Shown here piece by piece: positions 1-8,898 of a stretch of DNA of 64,000 nt. Both the position numbers and the translations under genes were made by a program. The DNA is taken from the NCBI GenBank assembly GCA_022425325.1, contig JAKMFW010000047.1, positions 7,608 through 71,607 of the forward strand, written 5' to 3'. Each line of letters begins with the position of its first letter. Within the stretch, counting starts at the first letter, position 1. The notes beneath the pieces are model-generated. The model was not told where the DNA came from, did not search any database, and saw only the letters and a program-made list of their open reading frames with translations. The stretch is from Acidimicrobiales bacterium. Its GTDB lineage: Bacteria > Actinomycetota > Acidimicrobiia > Acidimicrobiales > Aldehydirespiratoraceae.

Positions 1-486
1 GATCTGGTTGAACATCACCATCGCCATCGTCGTGGAACGTCCGGCGATCTGGCGCAGGCGCCATGTGTGTCCGCCACCCGGGTGGATGCCGATCTGCAGG
101 AAACGAGAATCGAACTTGGCGTACTCGCGCCCGGCGAGGACGAGATCGCACGCCAGCACCATGTTCATGCCGGCACCGACGGCTGCGCCGTTCACGGCGG
201 CGATGGTGGGGAGCGGGGTGTGGGCGATGCGGAGGAATCCGTCGTAGATCGCCTTCATCTCTTCTGCGTTCGAGCCGGCCATCAGGTCGTCGAGGTCGGC
301 ACCGGCGCAAAAGCCGCGTCCGGCGCCGGTCAGCACGACCGCGCCGATCGCCTCGTCGGCTTCCCACGCGTCGAGTACCGAACCGATCTCGTCGTTCATG
401 GCGAGGGTGATCGCGTTGCGCTTGTCGGGATCGTTCAGCGTGATCAGACCGACGCGGCCGCGGACCTCGGTGGTGATGAGACTCAT
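1..486 (-). CDS. Enoyl-CoA hydratase/isomerase (crotonase) family, 3' end runs off the window
   Basis: Manual translation from ATG 486: MSLITTEVRGRVGLITLNDPDKRNAITLAM...VVLTGAGRGFCAGADL, crotonase signature. Not in the ORF track because it has no stop in the window. Confidence 0.9.
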   Translation of the reverse strand, partial: MSLITTEVRGRVGLITLNDPDKRNAITLAMNDEIGSVLDAWEADEAIGAVVLTGAGRGFCAGADLDDLMAGSNAEEMKAIYDGFLRIAHTPLPTIAAVNGAAVGAGMNMVLACDLVLAGREYAKFDSRFLQIGIHPGGGHTWRLRQIAGRSTTMAMVMFNQI

Positions 487-567
487 GCCGAGCAGTGTGG
501 CACCTGCCCGGCGTCGGAGCGAGGACAGATGCGGGCGGACCTCCGGCAGATGGGTACGGTGACGCCG

Positions 568-1377
568 ATGCTCCCGCTCTTGTCACCGGACCTGGTCGAG
601 TCGTTCGGCCGGGACGGCGCTGTCGTGCTGCGGGGTGTGTTCTCCGACTGGATCGAGACCCTCGCTGTCGGGGTGGCCAAGAACGAGGCCGCCCCGGGGG
701 AGTACTTCGCCGAGAACGTGCCCGCCGGAGCGCCGGGCCGTTTCTGGGACGACTACGTCAATTGGGGGCGCATCCCCGAGTTCGAACGCTTCGCTTGCGA
801 ATCCGATGTTGCTCGCCTCGCCGCCGAACTGATGGCGTCCGACACCGTGCAGCTGTTCCACGATCACGTCCTCGTGAAAGAACCCGGCACACCGACCGTC
901 ACGCCGTGGCACAGCGACCGCCCGTACTACTTCGTCGACGGTGCGCAGACGGTCAGTTTCTGGATCCCCCTCGATCCGGTCACGACTGAGACGACCCTCC
1001 GTCTGATCGCCGGATCCCACCTATGGGAGAAGGACGTGCTCCCGGTGCGCTGGCTCAAGGGAGACGACTTCTACCCGGATACCGATGACTACCTGCCGGT
1101 GCCCGACCCCGACCGCGATCCCGATCGGTATGACGTGCTCGAGTGGGCACTCGAACCGGGCGACGCCATCGCGTTCCACTTCGGCGTCGTGCACGGCGCC
1201 CGCGGGAATCCCGGCGCCGGACGTCGGCGGGCATTCTCTCTGCGGCTCGTTGGCGATGATGCCCGCTATGTCTCACGTCCCGGTCGCACCTCACCGCCGT
1301 TTCCCGGCCACGGGATGGTCGACGGTGATCGACTGCGCTCCGACTGGTTCCCGGTGCTGATCGGCTCGATCTCGTGA
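568..1377 (+). CDS. Phytanoyl-CoA dioxygenase (PhyH) family Fe(II)/2-oxoglutarate dioxygenase
   Basis: TPWHSD (HxD), VSFWIPLD, distal VVHGA His. Start moved to ATG 568 because the upstream part overlaps the crotonase on the other strand. Confidence 0.88.
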   Translation: MLPLLSPDLVESFGRDGAVVLRGVFSDWIETLAVGVAKNEAAPGEYFAENVPAGAPGRFWDDYVNWGRIPEFERFACESDVARLAAELMASDTVQLFHDHVLVKEPGTPTVTPWHSDRPYYFVDGAQTVSFWIPLDPVTTETTLRLIAGSHLWEKDVLPVRWLKGDDFYPDTDDYLPVPDPDRDPDRYDVLEWALEPGDAIAFHFGVVHGARGNPGAGRRRAFSLRLVGDDARYVSRPGRTSPPFPGHGMVDGDRLRSDWFPVLIGSIS

Positions 1378-2675
1378 CCGCCTCGGCAGGGCTCCGCGAG
1401 AGCTTCTCGGTCTTCCGGCTTCGGAACTACCGGCTGTTCTGGTTCGGCGGCTTGACGTCGAACATCGGCCGGTGGTTCCAGACGCTCGCCATCCCGCTTG
1501 TTGTCTTCGACCTCACCGGCAGCGCGGGTTGGGTCGGTTTCGCCGGTTTCGCCCAGATCCTCCCAATGGCATTGATGGGGCCCTACGGCGGGGCGATCGC
1601 CGACCGGTATCCCCGTCGCAAGGTGCTCCTGGTTACGCAGACGCTCCAGGCCTTCGTCGCACTCGGGTTGATGACGCTGTGGTTCAGCGGTGTGCGTTCG
1701 CCGGGGGCGTACGTGGCCGTCTCGGCGCTGGTCGGCATGACTGCCGGCCTCAACCTTCCCGCCTGGCAGGCGATCGTCAGTGAGATTGTCCCTCGTGAGC
1801 AGTTGCTCGCTGGGATCACCCTCAACTCGGCGCAGTTCAACACGTCCCGCATGATCGGCCCTGCGTTGGGTGGTGCCGCAATCGCGTGGTTCGGACCCGG
1901 CTGGGCGTTCTTCGTCAATGCGATCAGCTACAGCGCCGTGCTCACCGGCCTTGCGCTCATGCGTCTCGACATCGTGCACCGGCGACCCGAAGGCCGGATG
2001 CGGCCGCTTCACGAGTTCGCGGGCGCAGCCCGCGACGCGTTTCGCAGCGAGGGCATTCGCACCGCCATCCTCACCGTCTCGATGATCGGGTTCTTCGGGC
2101 TGTCGCTCCAGACGCTCTCCGTCACCGTCGCCGAGGATGTCTTCGACCAGGGCGAGCGAGGGTTCGGCTTGCTCCTCTCGTTCGTCGGACTCGGTGCCGT
2201 GTCGATGTCGCCGATCATCGCCGGCGCCGCCCAGCGGTTCCGTCGATCTCAGCTTCAACAGACGGCACTGATGCTGTACGCCATGGGCGCGCTCGTGATC
2301 GCCGTGGCACCGGTCTTCGCCGTTGCGCTCGCCGGTGGCTTCATGATGGGGGCCGCCCACCTCACGTCGGCGAGCACGCTCAACACCGCGATCCAACTCC
2401 AGGTCGATGAGTCGGCCCGGGCCAAGGTCCTGGCGGTCTACCTCTCGATGCTGACGGCCTCGAATCCGATCGGTCAGTTGCTTCTCGGCCAACTGATCGA
2501 TCGCACCGATCCGCGTTTTGCGTACGGGCTGGCTGGGGGAGCGTTCCTCATGATCGCCGGCTTCCTTGCAGTCGGCGGTCGACTCGAAGGGCTCGACGCC
2601 GACGCCGGCGAGATCACCGAGGCCTATGGCGGGGAGATCCAGCCGACCATGCCCGCCCCGCCCCGTCGGGACTGA
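1374..2675 (+). CDS. MFS transporter
   Basis: About 12 hydrophobic segments, motif A GAIADRYPRRKVL, RNYRLFWFGG N-terminus. Confidence 0.92.
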   Translation: MTASAGLRESFSVFRLRNYRLFWFGGLTSNIGRWFQTLAIPLVVFDLTGSAGWVGFAGFAQILPMALMGPYGGAIADRYPRRKVLLVTQTLQAFVALGLMTLWFSGVRSPGAYVAVSALVGMTAGLNLPAWQAIVSEIVPREQLLAGITLNSAQFNTSRMIGPALGGAAIAWFGPGWAFFVNAISYSAVLTGLALMRLDIVHRRPEGRMRPLHEFAGAARDAFRSEGIRTAILTVSMIGFFGLSLQTLSVTVAEDVFDQGERGFGLLLSFVGLGAVSMSPIIAGAAQRFRRSQLQQTALMLYAMGALVIAVAPVFAVALAGGFMMGAAHLTSASTLNTAIQLQVDESARAKVLAVYLSMLTASNPIGQLLLGQLIDRTDPRFAYGLAGGAFLMIAGFLAVGGRLEGLDADAGEITEAYGGEIQPTMPAPPRRD

Positions 2676-3647
2676 TCACCAGCCGGCACCGAGCGTGGTG
2701 TCCTCGTCGTCGGCGAGATGACGCTTGCCGTCGTCACAGTCGTGACGGACGGGACACCAGCGGCAGGCCGGCCCGGTGGCCGTGGCGGCGTCGCGCTGTC
2801 CGGACGAGAGCATCAGCATCCGTTCGACCCCGTCGACGACCCGAGCAACGGTCGAGAAGAGCAGGTCTTCGGTGACGTCCTCGACCTGAAAGCGGCCCTG
2901 GTCGAGGTAATAGGTGGCCAGTCGCCGTGGCGGCGTGCCGATGCGGATCGCATCGAGCAGGGCATAGAAGCGCAGGTCGTCGCGATGGTGCAGAGAGGTG
3001 CTGCCGGTCTTGAGGTCGACGAGCACCTTGCCGGCTCGATCGCCGTCGGCCACGCCGATCGATAGGTCGCAGCGTCCGCTTAGCACGAAACGGTCGTGGA
3101 TCTCGACGCGCAGCGAGGTCTCAGTGCTCGGGTACCAGGCCGGCTTGAGCGGGGGAAAGCACTCGAGGAACTTCAGGACCAGGTCATTGGTCGTTCCCCG
3201 AAGTTCCGCTCGTTCGGTCTCGGAGATGGTCTGAAGCCAGTCGGCCAGCGGGTCGATGCCTTCGCCGCGGCGGGCCATCGCCTCGTCGACAAGGGTCATT
3301 GGGTCGAGTTCTCGACGCCAGTGCACCGACAGTTCGATCGCCTTGTGCGCGATCGTGCCGCGAGCGATCGGGACCTTCCATTCGAAGGGTTCGGCCTGCT
3401 CGACGACGAACTTGCGTTCACACCCCAGCACCTGACCGAGGGCGTATTTGGAGACGAACATCGAATCGCCCGGCTTTTCGCCCTCACGAAGATCGAGCAT
3501 CGGCAGCATCGGTTCGAGGCCGTCCTCCAGGGCCCGTTGGAGCTCGTGTCGCAACATGGCGTCGAAACGGGGCCGCTGCTCCTTGGGTGCGCCGAGTTCG
3601 GCCAACACCTCCTGCTGGGCCGGGTTGAGCTCCTGCTTTGCTTCCAC
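2676..3647 (-). CDS. PD-(D/E)XK nuclease family protein (RecB/AddB/Cas4-like), probable 4Fe-4S staple
   Basis: GTIAHKAIE, SGRCDL...VLVDLKTG, LRFYAL; Cys pattern C...CRWCPVRHDC. Confidence 0.8.
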   Translation of the reverse strand: MEAKQELNPAQQEVLAELGAPKEQRPRFDAMLRHELQRALEDGLEPMLPMLDLREGEKPGDSMFVSKYALGQVLGCERKFVVEQAEPFEWKVPIARGTIAHKAIELSVHWRRELDPMTLVDEAMARRGEGIDPLADWLQTISETERAELRGTTNDLVLKFLECFPPLKPAWYPSTETSLRVEIHDRFVLSGRCDLSIGVADGDRAGKVLVDLKTGSTSLHHRDDLRFYALLDAIRIGTPPRRLATYYLDQGRFQVEDVTEDLLFSTVARVVDGVERMLMLSSGQRDAATATGPACRWCPVRHDCDDGKRHLADDEDTTLGAGW

Positions 3648-3744
3648 CCCCAGAGCGTCGCACACCGCCGTGACAGCCGCGAGGAGGCTGGGATGTCGCC
3701 CACAGCCGGTGGACTGTCACACCCCACTGGCAGAGTGAGGATCG

Positions 3745-4086
3745 GTGGAAGCGACGAGTCTTCGATTTGCTGCCGCGGCCCGTTCTCTCGGGCAAGCGGC
3801 TCGTCTGCGCTCCCTCGTGGTGCCCGGGTTCCGGTCGCCGCCGGGGTTGGCGGATGTGCACCGCACGCTCCGGTTCCGTGGAGGTGTGCCCACGGTTGCC
3901 GTCCAGCTGAAAGGGCGCCCGTGGTCGGCGGTCGTCGCCGACATGATCGAAGGTGTGGTTGCGGCCAATGGGCTGGCGGGGGCCAAGGCCGATCGGGCCC
4001 GAGCGGCGTTGTGGCTTGCGGTCGATGATTCGGGCGAACTCTCGCCCGTCGACGACGGCGTGGTCGAGACACGTCGAAGTGCCTGA
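3745..4086 (+). CDS. Hypothetical protein
   Basis: 113 aa ORF with GC-rich codon usage, divergent from the nuclease; VPGFRSPP...GRPWSAVVADMIEGVVAAN looks like a real conserved actinobacterial small protein. Confidence 0.65.
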   Translation: MEATSLRFAAAARSLGQAARLRSLVVPGFRSPPGLADVHRTLRFRGGVPTVAVQLKGRPWSAVVADMIEGVVAANGLAGAKADRARAALWLAVDDSGELSPVDDGVVETRRSA

Positions 4087-4212
4087 GGTCGCTCGACGCC
4101 CGCAGCCCGCCACCTTCGGGCCCGGAGATACCGGTCGGCTCCGCCGGGGAGGCACAACCCGATCGGCTTCTGGCCGGTCAGGATCTCGTTGCCGGGGCTA
4201 TCGTTCCGGCGG

Positions 4213-4301
4213 GCCCGGGTGGCGGAATCGGTAGACGCAGGGGGCTTAAACCCCCCGATCCCTTCGGGGGTGTGTGGGTTCGAGTCCCACCCCGGGCACC
4301 A
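4213..4301 (+). tRNA. tRNA-Leu, anticodon TAA (bldA-type isoacceptor), encoded CCA end
   Basis: Acceptor stem GCCCGGG/CCCGGGC, D-loop GGAATCGGTAGAC, anticodon stem GGGGG/CCCCC with loop CTTAAAC (TAA at 4247-4249), long variable arm, GGTTCGAGTCCC T-arm, ACCA end. Confidence 0.97.
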
Positions 4302-4425
4302 TCGAGGTCAACCGGCGCCCTGCGGTGTTCGACGGGCCCGGATACCTGTGCAAGACTCCCTGACGGTGCGTCAGATTCGCACCCACATAACCGGCGCCAC
4401 GGCGCCAAGAGGGGGATTCATTCCA

Positions 4426-4902
4426 ATGAAGCGTCTGCTGTTGGCCATCACGGCCGCTTTCGCCTTGACCATCGCCGTCGCCCCGCCGGCGTCGGCTCAG
4501 ACCGTCGAGATCGACCCGAATCCGGTGTCGGGAGCCGGTGAGCAAGAGATCACGGTGACCGGTACTGGCTTCGCTCAGGACGGTTTCCTGTTGCCCTGCC
4601 CAGGGGCCAACGCCGATCCGGCCCAGCTCGCCGAGGACTCGTGCGATCTCACCAACCTGACCCCGTATACCGCTGGTGACTGGGAGCGCACCGTCACTTA
4701 CGACGTGCCTGCGGTCGGACTCCTGATCGTGGCCGGCAGCGCCGACCAGACCGAGGTCGTGACGGGCCTCATCGAGGTTGACGGTGGCGGCGACTTGGCC
4801 AACACCGGTGGCAACACCGAGGCCTACCTGCTGCTCGCTTTCGTGTTGTTCGGCGCCGCAGCCGTCTTCACCATGGGGGGCCGCAAGCTGCAGCGAGTGT
4901 GA
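4426..4902 (+). CDS. Secreted cell-wall anchored protein with LAXTG sorting signal
   Basis: Signal peptide MKRLLLAITAAFALTIAVAPPASA; C-terminal LANTG + hydrophobic stretch + basic tail RKLQRV; two Cys. Confidence 0.85.
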   Translation: MKRLLLAITAAFALTIAVAPPASAQTVEIDPNPVSGAGEQEITVTGTGFAQDGFLLPCPGANADPAQLAEDSCDLTNLTPYTAGDWERTVTYDVPAVGLLIVAGSADQTEVVTGLIEVDGGGDLANTGGNTEAYLLLAFVLFGAAAVFTMGGRKLQRV

Positions 4903-5747
4903 GCGCACGGGGTGCGGGCCGTCGGCGCCGTCTGGCGGCCCGAACCGCAACACGCCTCGGGGTGCTCTGTGCGCTCGGGGCACTCGGTGTACTCGCCTTC
5001 GCCGCCTGGGAGCTCTGGGGTACCGGCCGCAAGGAAGCGGCGGTGCAACAGGAGCTCCGGACCGCGTTCGAGTTCGTCGAGGGTTCGACGACCACCTCCA
5101 GTGCACCGTCCGCAGCGGACGACGTTGTGGCGGATGTCGAACCCGACCTGCCCGGCGGTATCTCTGCCGAGCTGGCTCGCGCTCGCTTTCCGGAGGACGG
5201 CGATGCCCTTGCCCGGCTGGAGATCCCGGCGATTGAACTCGACAAGTTTGTAATGCGAGATGTCGATCGGGAGTCGCTCCAGGTCGGCCCCGGCCATTAC
5301 CGCGGCACACCACGACCCGGTTTCTCCGGCAACAGCGCCATCGCAGGTCATCGCTCGACCTATGGAGCGCCGTTCAAACGGGTCGACGAGCTCGCGCCAG
5401 GTGACGCAATCACGGTGCACTCGGCTGACGGCATCTTCTCCTTCAAGGTCGTGAGTCCTGCCGCGGCGTTCGGCGACCGGCTCGACACCATCGAACCCGA
5501 CAAGGTCTCTGCCGGGTCCGTCATCGTCGATCCGAGCGACACCTGGGTTGTCTCGGATTTCGGCGACGCTCGGCTCACGCTCACGGCCTGCCACCCCGAG
5601 TTCACGTCAAGAAAGCGGATTGTGGTCGTGGCCGAACTGGTGAGCGAGGCGGTTCCGCTGGCAGCCGTCTTCGGCGGTCTCGATGCGGACGAACTCAACG
5701 AGCTCGTCACCGAGGACCTCGGCGTGCTCGAAAACTCAGCGTCGTAG
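4899..5747 (+). CDS. Sortase, class E-like
   Basis: N-terminal TM, GPGHYRGTPRPGFSGNSAIAGHRSTYGAPF, LTLTACHP, catalytic Arg in RKRIVV; overlaps substrate stop codon (GTGA). Confidence 0.92.
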   Translation: MSARGAGRRRRLAARTATRLGVLCALGALGVLAFAAWELWGTGRKEAAVQQELRTAFEFVEGSTTTSSAPSAADDVVADVEPDLPGGISAELARARFPEDGDALARLEIPAIELDKFVMRDVDRESLQVGPGHYRGTPRPGFSGNSAIAGHRSTYGAPFKRVDELAPGDAITVHSADGIFSFKVVSPAAAFGDRLDTIEPDKVSAGSVIVDPSDTWVVSDFGDARLTLTACHPEFTSRKRIVVVAELVSEAVPLAAVFGGLDADELNELVTEDLGVLENSAS

Positions 5748-6650
5748 CGGACGGGGCCGCGAGCCGATGCCTGCCTGGCCGGTAATGACGCCCGTGAGGG
5801 CGACGAGCACGAGGACGATTGCGCAGACCTGCATCCCGGTGACCGGCTCGTCGAGGAACGCCCACGCCACCGCAGTCGAGATGACCGGAACGAGCAGGGT
5901 GAAGGTGCTCCCGAGCCACAGCGGGATCTGTTGGAGCGACCAGTTCATGACCGCATGGCCCAGCACACCGGCACCGAACGCCATCAGCAGCAGCCAGCCC
6001 CAGCTCTCGAGCGTGGGCCAGGCGAGGCTCTGCCCGAAGAGCAAGGCGAGCGGGGCGTTGATGATCGCCACCCAGAGCGCGGCACCGACGGTGTAATCGT
6101 TGGTGCTGATGACATCTTTCGCCCGCTTGGCGAAGACGAAGTAGGCCGACCAGGCGAACAGTGCCCCGACGGCGAGGAGGTCGCCGCGCCAGTCGGTCGG
6201 GGCGTCGGAGGCGGCGCTGAGCACGACGATCACGACGCCGGCGATGGCGACCAGTCCGAGCGCCATGTCGCGTGGCCGGATGATCTCCCCGAAAACCCGG
6301 TTGGCTGCGATGGCGACGACGATCGGTTGCAGCGCGCCGATCACGGTTGCGTTGGCGATGGTGGTCAGCTTCACCGCCGAGAAAAACAGTGCGACATCGA
6401 AGCCGAGCGCGATGCCCCCGGCCATAGATGCCCGCATCACGTTCCAGCCAATGCGATGGCGACGAGCGGCCATGAGGGCCGCGACGACGAGTCCGTACGT
6501 ACCGAACCGGTAGGCCGCCACTGCGAGGCCCTCCATGTCGACCTCTTTCGCGATGACGCTCGACACGCCCCACGCCGAGACGGCGACCGCGGCACCGATC
6601 AGGCCACGACCGTTGATGGCGTCCTCGGTGTCGACATCAGTCCCGGGCAT
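5736..6650 (-). CDS. DMT/EamA family transporter
   Basis: About 10 TM segments in two EamA repeats, WAFLDEP C-terminal motif. Confidence 0.9.
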   Translation of the reverse strand: MPGTDVDTEDAINGRGLIGAAVAVSAWGVSSVIAKEVDMEGLAVAAYRFGTYGLVVAALMAARRHRIGWNVMRASMAGGIALGFDVALFFSAVKLTTIANATVIGALQPIVVAIAANRVFGEIIRPRDMALGLVAIAGVVIVVLSAASDAPTDWRGDLLAVGALFAWSAYFVFAKRAKDVISTNDYTVGAALWVAIINAPLALLFGQSLAWPTLESWGWLLLMAFGAGVLGHAVMNWSLQQIPLWLGSTFTLLVPVISTAVAWAFLDEPVTGMQVCAIVLVLVALTGVITGQAGIGSRPRPLRR

Positions 6651-6678
6651 CGCGGCACGTTACCGGTGCCACCCGTTG

Positions 6679-7029
6679 CTACATCTCGTTCTGGGCGAGG
6701 AAGCTCTCGTAGACCTGGATCAGGACCTGCTTCTGGTCGTGGGTCAGGTCGTCTTGGGCCCGGATGGCGGCGATCAGATCGGCCTCGGGTTCCTCGTCGA
6801 GGATGCCGGCGCGGACGTAGAGGGATTCCGCCGAGACCTCAAGCGCTCGCGCGATCTGCTGCAGGATCTCCGCACTCGGCCGCTTCAGGCCTCGTTCGAT
6901 CTGGCTGAGGTACGGATTTGAGACGCCGGCGAGGTCGGCGAGTTTCCGAACGGAGAGTTCGGCCTGGCGGCGCTGTTCACGGATGTACTCACCGAGGTCG
7001 GCGACGGCGTGTCGAGGATCGGGTGGCAC
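6679..7029 (-). CDS. XRE-family HTH transcriptional regulator (Rv0474-like)
   Basis: LGEYIREQRRQAELSVRKLADLAGVSNPYLSQIERGLKRPSAEILQQIARAL; GTG 7029 with GGAG upstream. Confidence 0.92.
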   Translation of the reverse strand: MPPDPRHAVADLGEYIREQRRQAELSVRKLADLAGVSNPYLSQIERGLKRPSAEILQQIARALEVSAESLYVRAGILDEEPEADLIAAIRAQDDLTHDQKQVLIQVYESFLAQNEM

Positions 7030-7064
7030 GAGGACTCCAACAGTAGGGGAGGGATGGTGGGCGA

Positions 7065-7107
7065 AAAGCATCGCAGCCGGGCCGCCATGATGGCAGTCCG
7101 GCTGCGA
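7065..7107 (-). terminator. Intrinsic terminator after the Lys/Ala-tail gene
   Basis: Minus strand TCGCAGCCGG-ACTGCC-ATCAT-GGCGGC-CCGGCTGCGA followed by TGCTTTT. Confidence 0.7.
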
Positions 7108-7149
7108 CGAGGGGGACCCAGGGAACGGCGGAGTGGCCGTTGCGAGATG

Positions 7150-7479
7150 TCAGGCCTTCTTCGCTGCCTTCTTGGTGGCCTTCGGGGCGGCGACCTTCGG
7201 TGCATCGATACCGAGGAAGCCCCAGGCGGCCTTGCGGCCGGTCTCGACGGGACCGGCGACCTGCTCCGGCAGGCGCTCGACGACCTTGGCGGCCAGCGGT
7301 TCGGTGCGGCCACGAAGATCGGTAAGGGCCTCAGTGCCCTTGGCGCGGGCGGTGGCGGCGTGCTCGGTGACGGCCTTGGGAGCCGGAACCTCACGGCCGA
7401 TGATGGCGTCGGTGACGACAAGGTTGACGCCGACGCCGGTGTAGGCGACGTTCTTGACCTGATCGAGGACAGCAGTCAT
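7150..7479 (-). CDS. Small helical protein with Lys/Ala/Pro-rich tail (HBHA/phasin-like)
   Basis: AGGAG RBS; amphipathic Ala-rich body; C-terminus APKVAAPKATKKAAKKA; adjacent to Rv0474-like regulator. Confidence 0.7.
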   Translation of the reverse strand: MTAVLDQVKNVAYTGVGVNLVVTDAIIGREVPAPKAVTEHAATARAKGTEALTDLRGRTEPLAAKVVERLPEQVAGPVETGRKAAWGFLGIDAPKVAAPKATKKAAKKA

Positions 7480-7525
7480 GGGGGATCTCCTGTGAGAGGT
7501 TGGTGCACGCTCTTGCGTGCCGATT

Positions 7526-7543
7526 TGCGTACAATAGTTAGCA
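7526..7543. promoter_or_regulatory. Imperfect inverted repeat over AT-rich divergent promoter region; candidate XRE operator
   Basis: TGCGTAC-AATA-GTTAGCA, contains TACAAT on + and TATTGT on -. Confidence 0.4.
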
Positions 7544-7601
7544 CTGAAGGGGAATGCAACCTCGGCAGCGCATTTTCGCTAGCCAAAGTTTGCAGTGCGA
7601 G

Positions 7602-8123
7602 ATGACCAAGTCGCGACACATCGACGTGCTCGGCACGATCTGGCACACCGATCGCCACGAGCGGACATCGCTCGGTCGCATCGTCGAGGCGGCGAAGGAC
7701 CGCGACGACAGCGCGGCACGTGCCCGCATCGTCGACGAGATCCATTCCTGGGTGGCGGGCGGCGGACTCATGGTCGAACCCGATGCGATCGTCGTCGGCA
7801 TCCCCTCCAGCCCCGATCGACCCAATCTGCTCGTGACGGCGGTTGCCCGAGCGATCGCGACAGCGACGGGGTCCGTCTCGGTCGATGCGGTCGTTCGGCA
7901 TCGAGTGACGGTGCGGCTGCGAGATCTTGATCCGACGGAACGCCCGGCGACGGTTCTCGCTGCGGACTACGAGGTCGTCGAAGACGTTGGGGGCCGCCAT
8001 GTCGTCCTCGTCGATGATGTTGTGCTGAGCGGCACGACCCTCGACCACGTCGCCGACCTGCTGCTCGCTGCCGGCGCCGCCTCGGTGCGACCGGTCGCCA
8101 TCGCCCGATCCCGTCGTGGCTGA
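7602..8123 (+). CDS. Type I phosphoribosyltransferase domain protein (ComF C-terminal-like)
   Basis: PRPP-binding loop HVVLVDDVVLSGTTL and LLAAGAASV. Confidence 0.8.
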   Translation: MTKSRHIDVLGTIWHTDRHERTSLGRIVEAAKDRDDSAARARIVDEIHSWVAGGGLMVEPDAIVVGIPSSPDRPNLLVTAVARAIATATGSVSVDAVVRHRVTVRLRDLDPTERPATVLAADYEVVEDVGGRHVVLVDDVVLSGTTLDHVADLLLAAGAASVRPVAIARSRRG

Positions 8124-8165
8124 GCGTCTGGGTTCACGTACTGCGTGAACCCAGGCAGCGACGTC

Positions 8166-8801
8166 TTATCCGCCGCGTCGCTCCAACAACCGTTCGATCC
8201 AGCGCTCGTAGCTCTCGAGATCCTGCGCGCCCTGCACCGGCAGGACATCGTCGAGCACGATCGTCGGCACGGCGGTGACGCCCTGCTCAATCGCCGCATT
8301 GTGTTCGTCGATCACCGAGGCGGCGTAGACCCGTTCGTTCTCGACGAGGTTGCGGATGAAGCCGCCCGCATCGACCCCGACGTCGGCGGCGAGGTCGGCG
8401 AGTACCTCGGCGTCGGAGATCGTGCGGTTCTCTGCGAAGTACGCGTCCATCAGTCGGCGGTGGTACGCATCGGTCGCCGCAGGAGCAAAGGCCTCCATCG
8501 CCTTCTGGGCGATCTGGGCAGGCATCGAGCCCGATGGCTGGGCGTGGTCGGTGGCCCATACGGAAAAGGTCAGGCTGGGCTCGGCTGATGCCGGTCGCAG
8601 CCAACTCTTCGTGTACTCGACGAATTTCTCGTGTTTCGCCGGGTCGCCGCCGTCGTTGTCGGGGCGAAGCAGAAACGACTTCCACTCGACAGCGATGCGG
8701 TCACTGAATCGCGTCCGGAGCTGCTCGACGCGAACTGCGCCGACGTAGCACCAGGGTCAGAGGAAGTCAGACCAGACAGTCAATCGAACGGGTTCTCCCA
8801 C
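8166..8801 (-). CDS. DsbA/FrnE family oxidoreductase, probable selenoprotein (UGA at 8757-8759 read as Sec)
   Basis: In-frame translation MGEPVRLTVWSDFL-U-PWCYVGAVRVEQL... continues into ORF 8166..8525 with cis-Pro loop GVTAVPT. TGA occupies the first Cys of CPWC. Confidence 0.88.
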
Positions 8802-8898
8802 AGCGGGCACGGTAGCCCGAGGCCGGAGGCAGATCACTCTCATCGGATGCCGACGGGAGGACACGGCGGTTCCTCCCATCGCGTGACAGAGTCATGGC

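Noticed and set aside
67-567. N-terminal extension of the 436-aa ORF 67..1377
   Set aside because: It is the antisense shadow of the crotonase gene; PhyH homology and a -10 box support a start at 568.
2676-3647. Cas4-like nuclease as evidence of a CRISPR-Cas locus
   Set aside because: No repeat-spacer array or other cas genes seen in the window.
4213-4301. tRNA with a long variable arm as possible tRNA-Sec
   Set aside because: Anticodon is TAA, not TCA, and the acceptor stem is a standard 7 bp, so it is tRNA-Leu. No selA, selB, selD or selC is visible in this window.
7108-7140. C-rich 3' UTR of the HBHA-like gene as a target of the G-loop sRNA candidate
   Set aside because: Only about 6 nt of complementarity (TCCCCC/GGGGGA), expected by chance in GC-rich DNA.
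4302-8123. Genomic island integrated at tRNA-Leu
   Set aside because: No integrase, no noticed duplication of the tRNA 3' end and no obvious GC shift.
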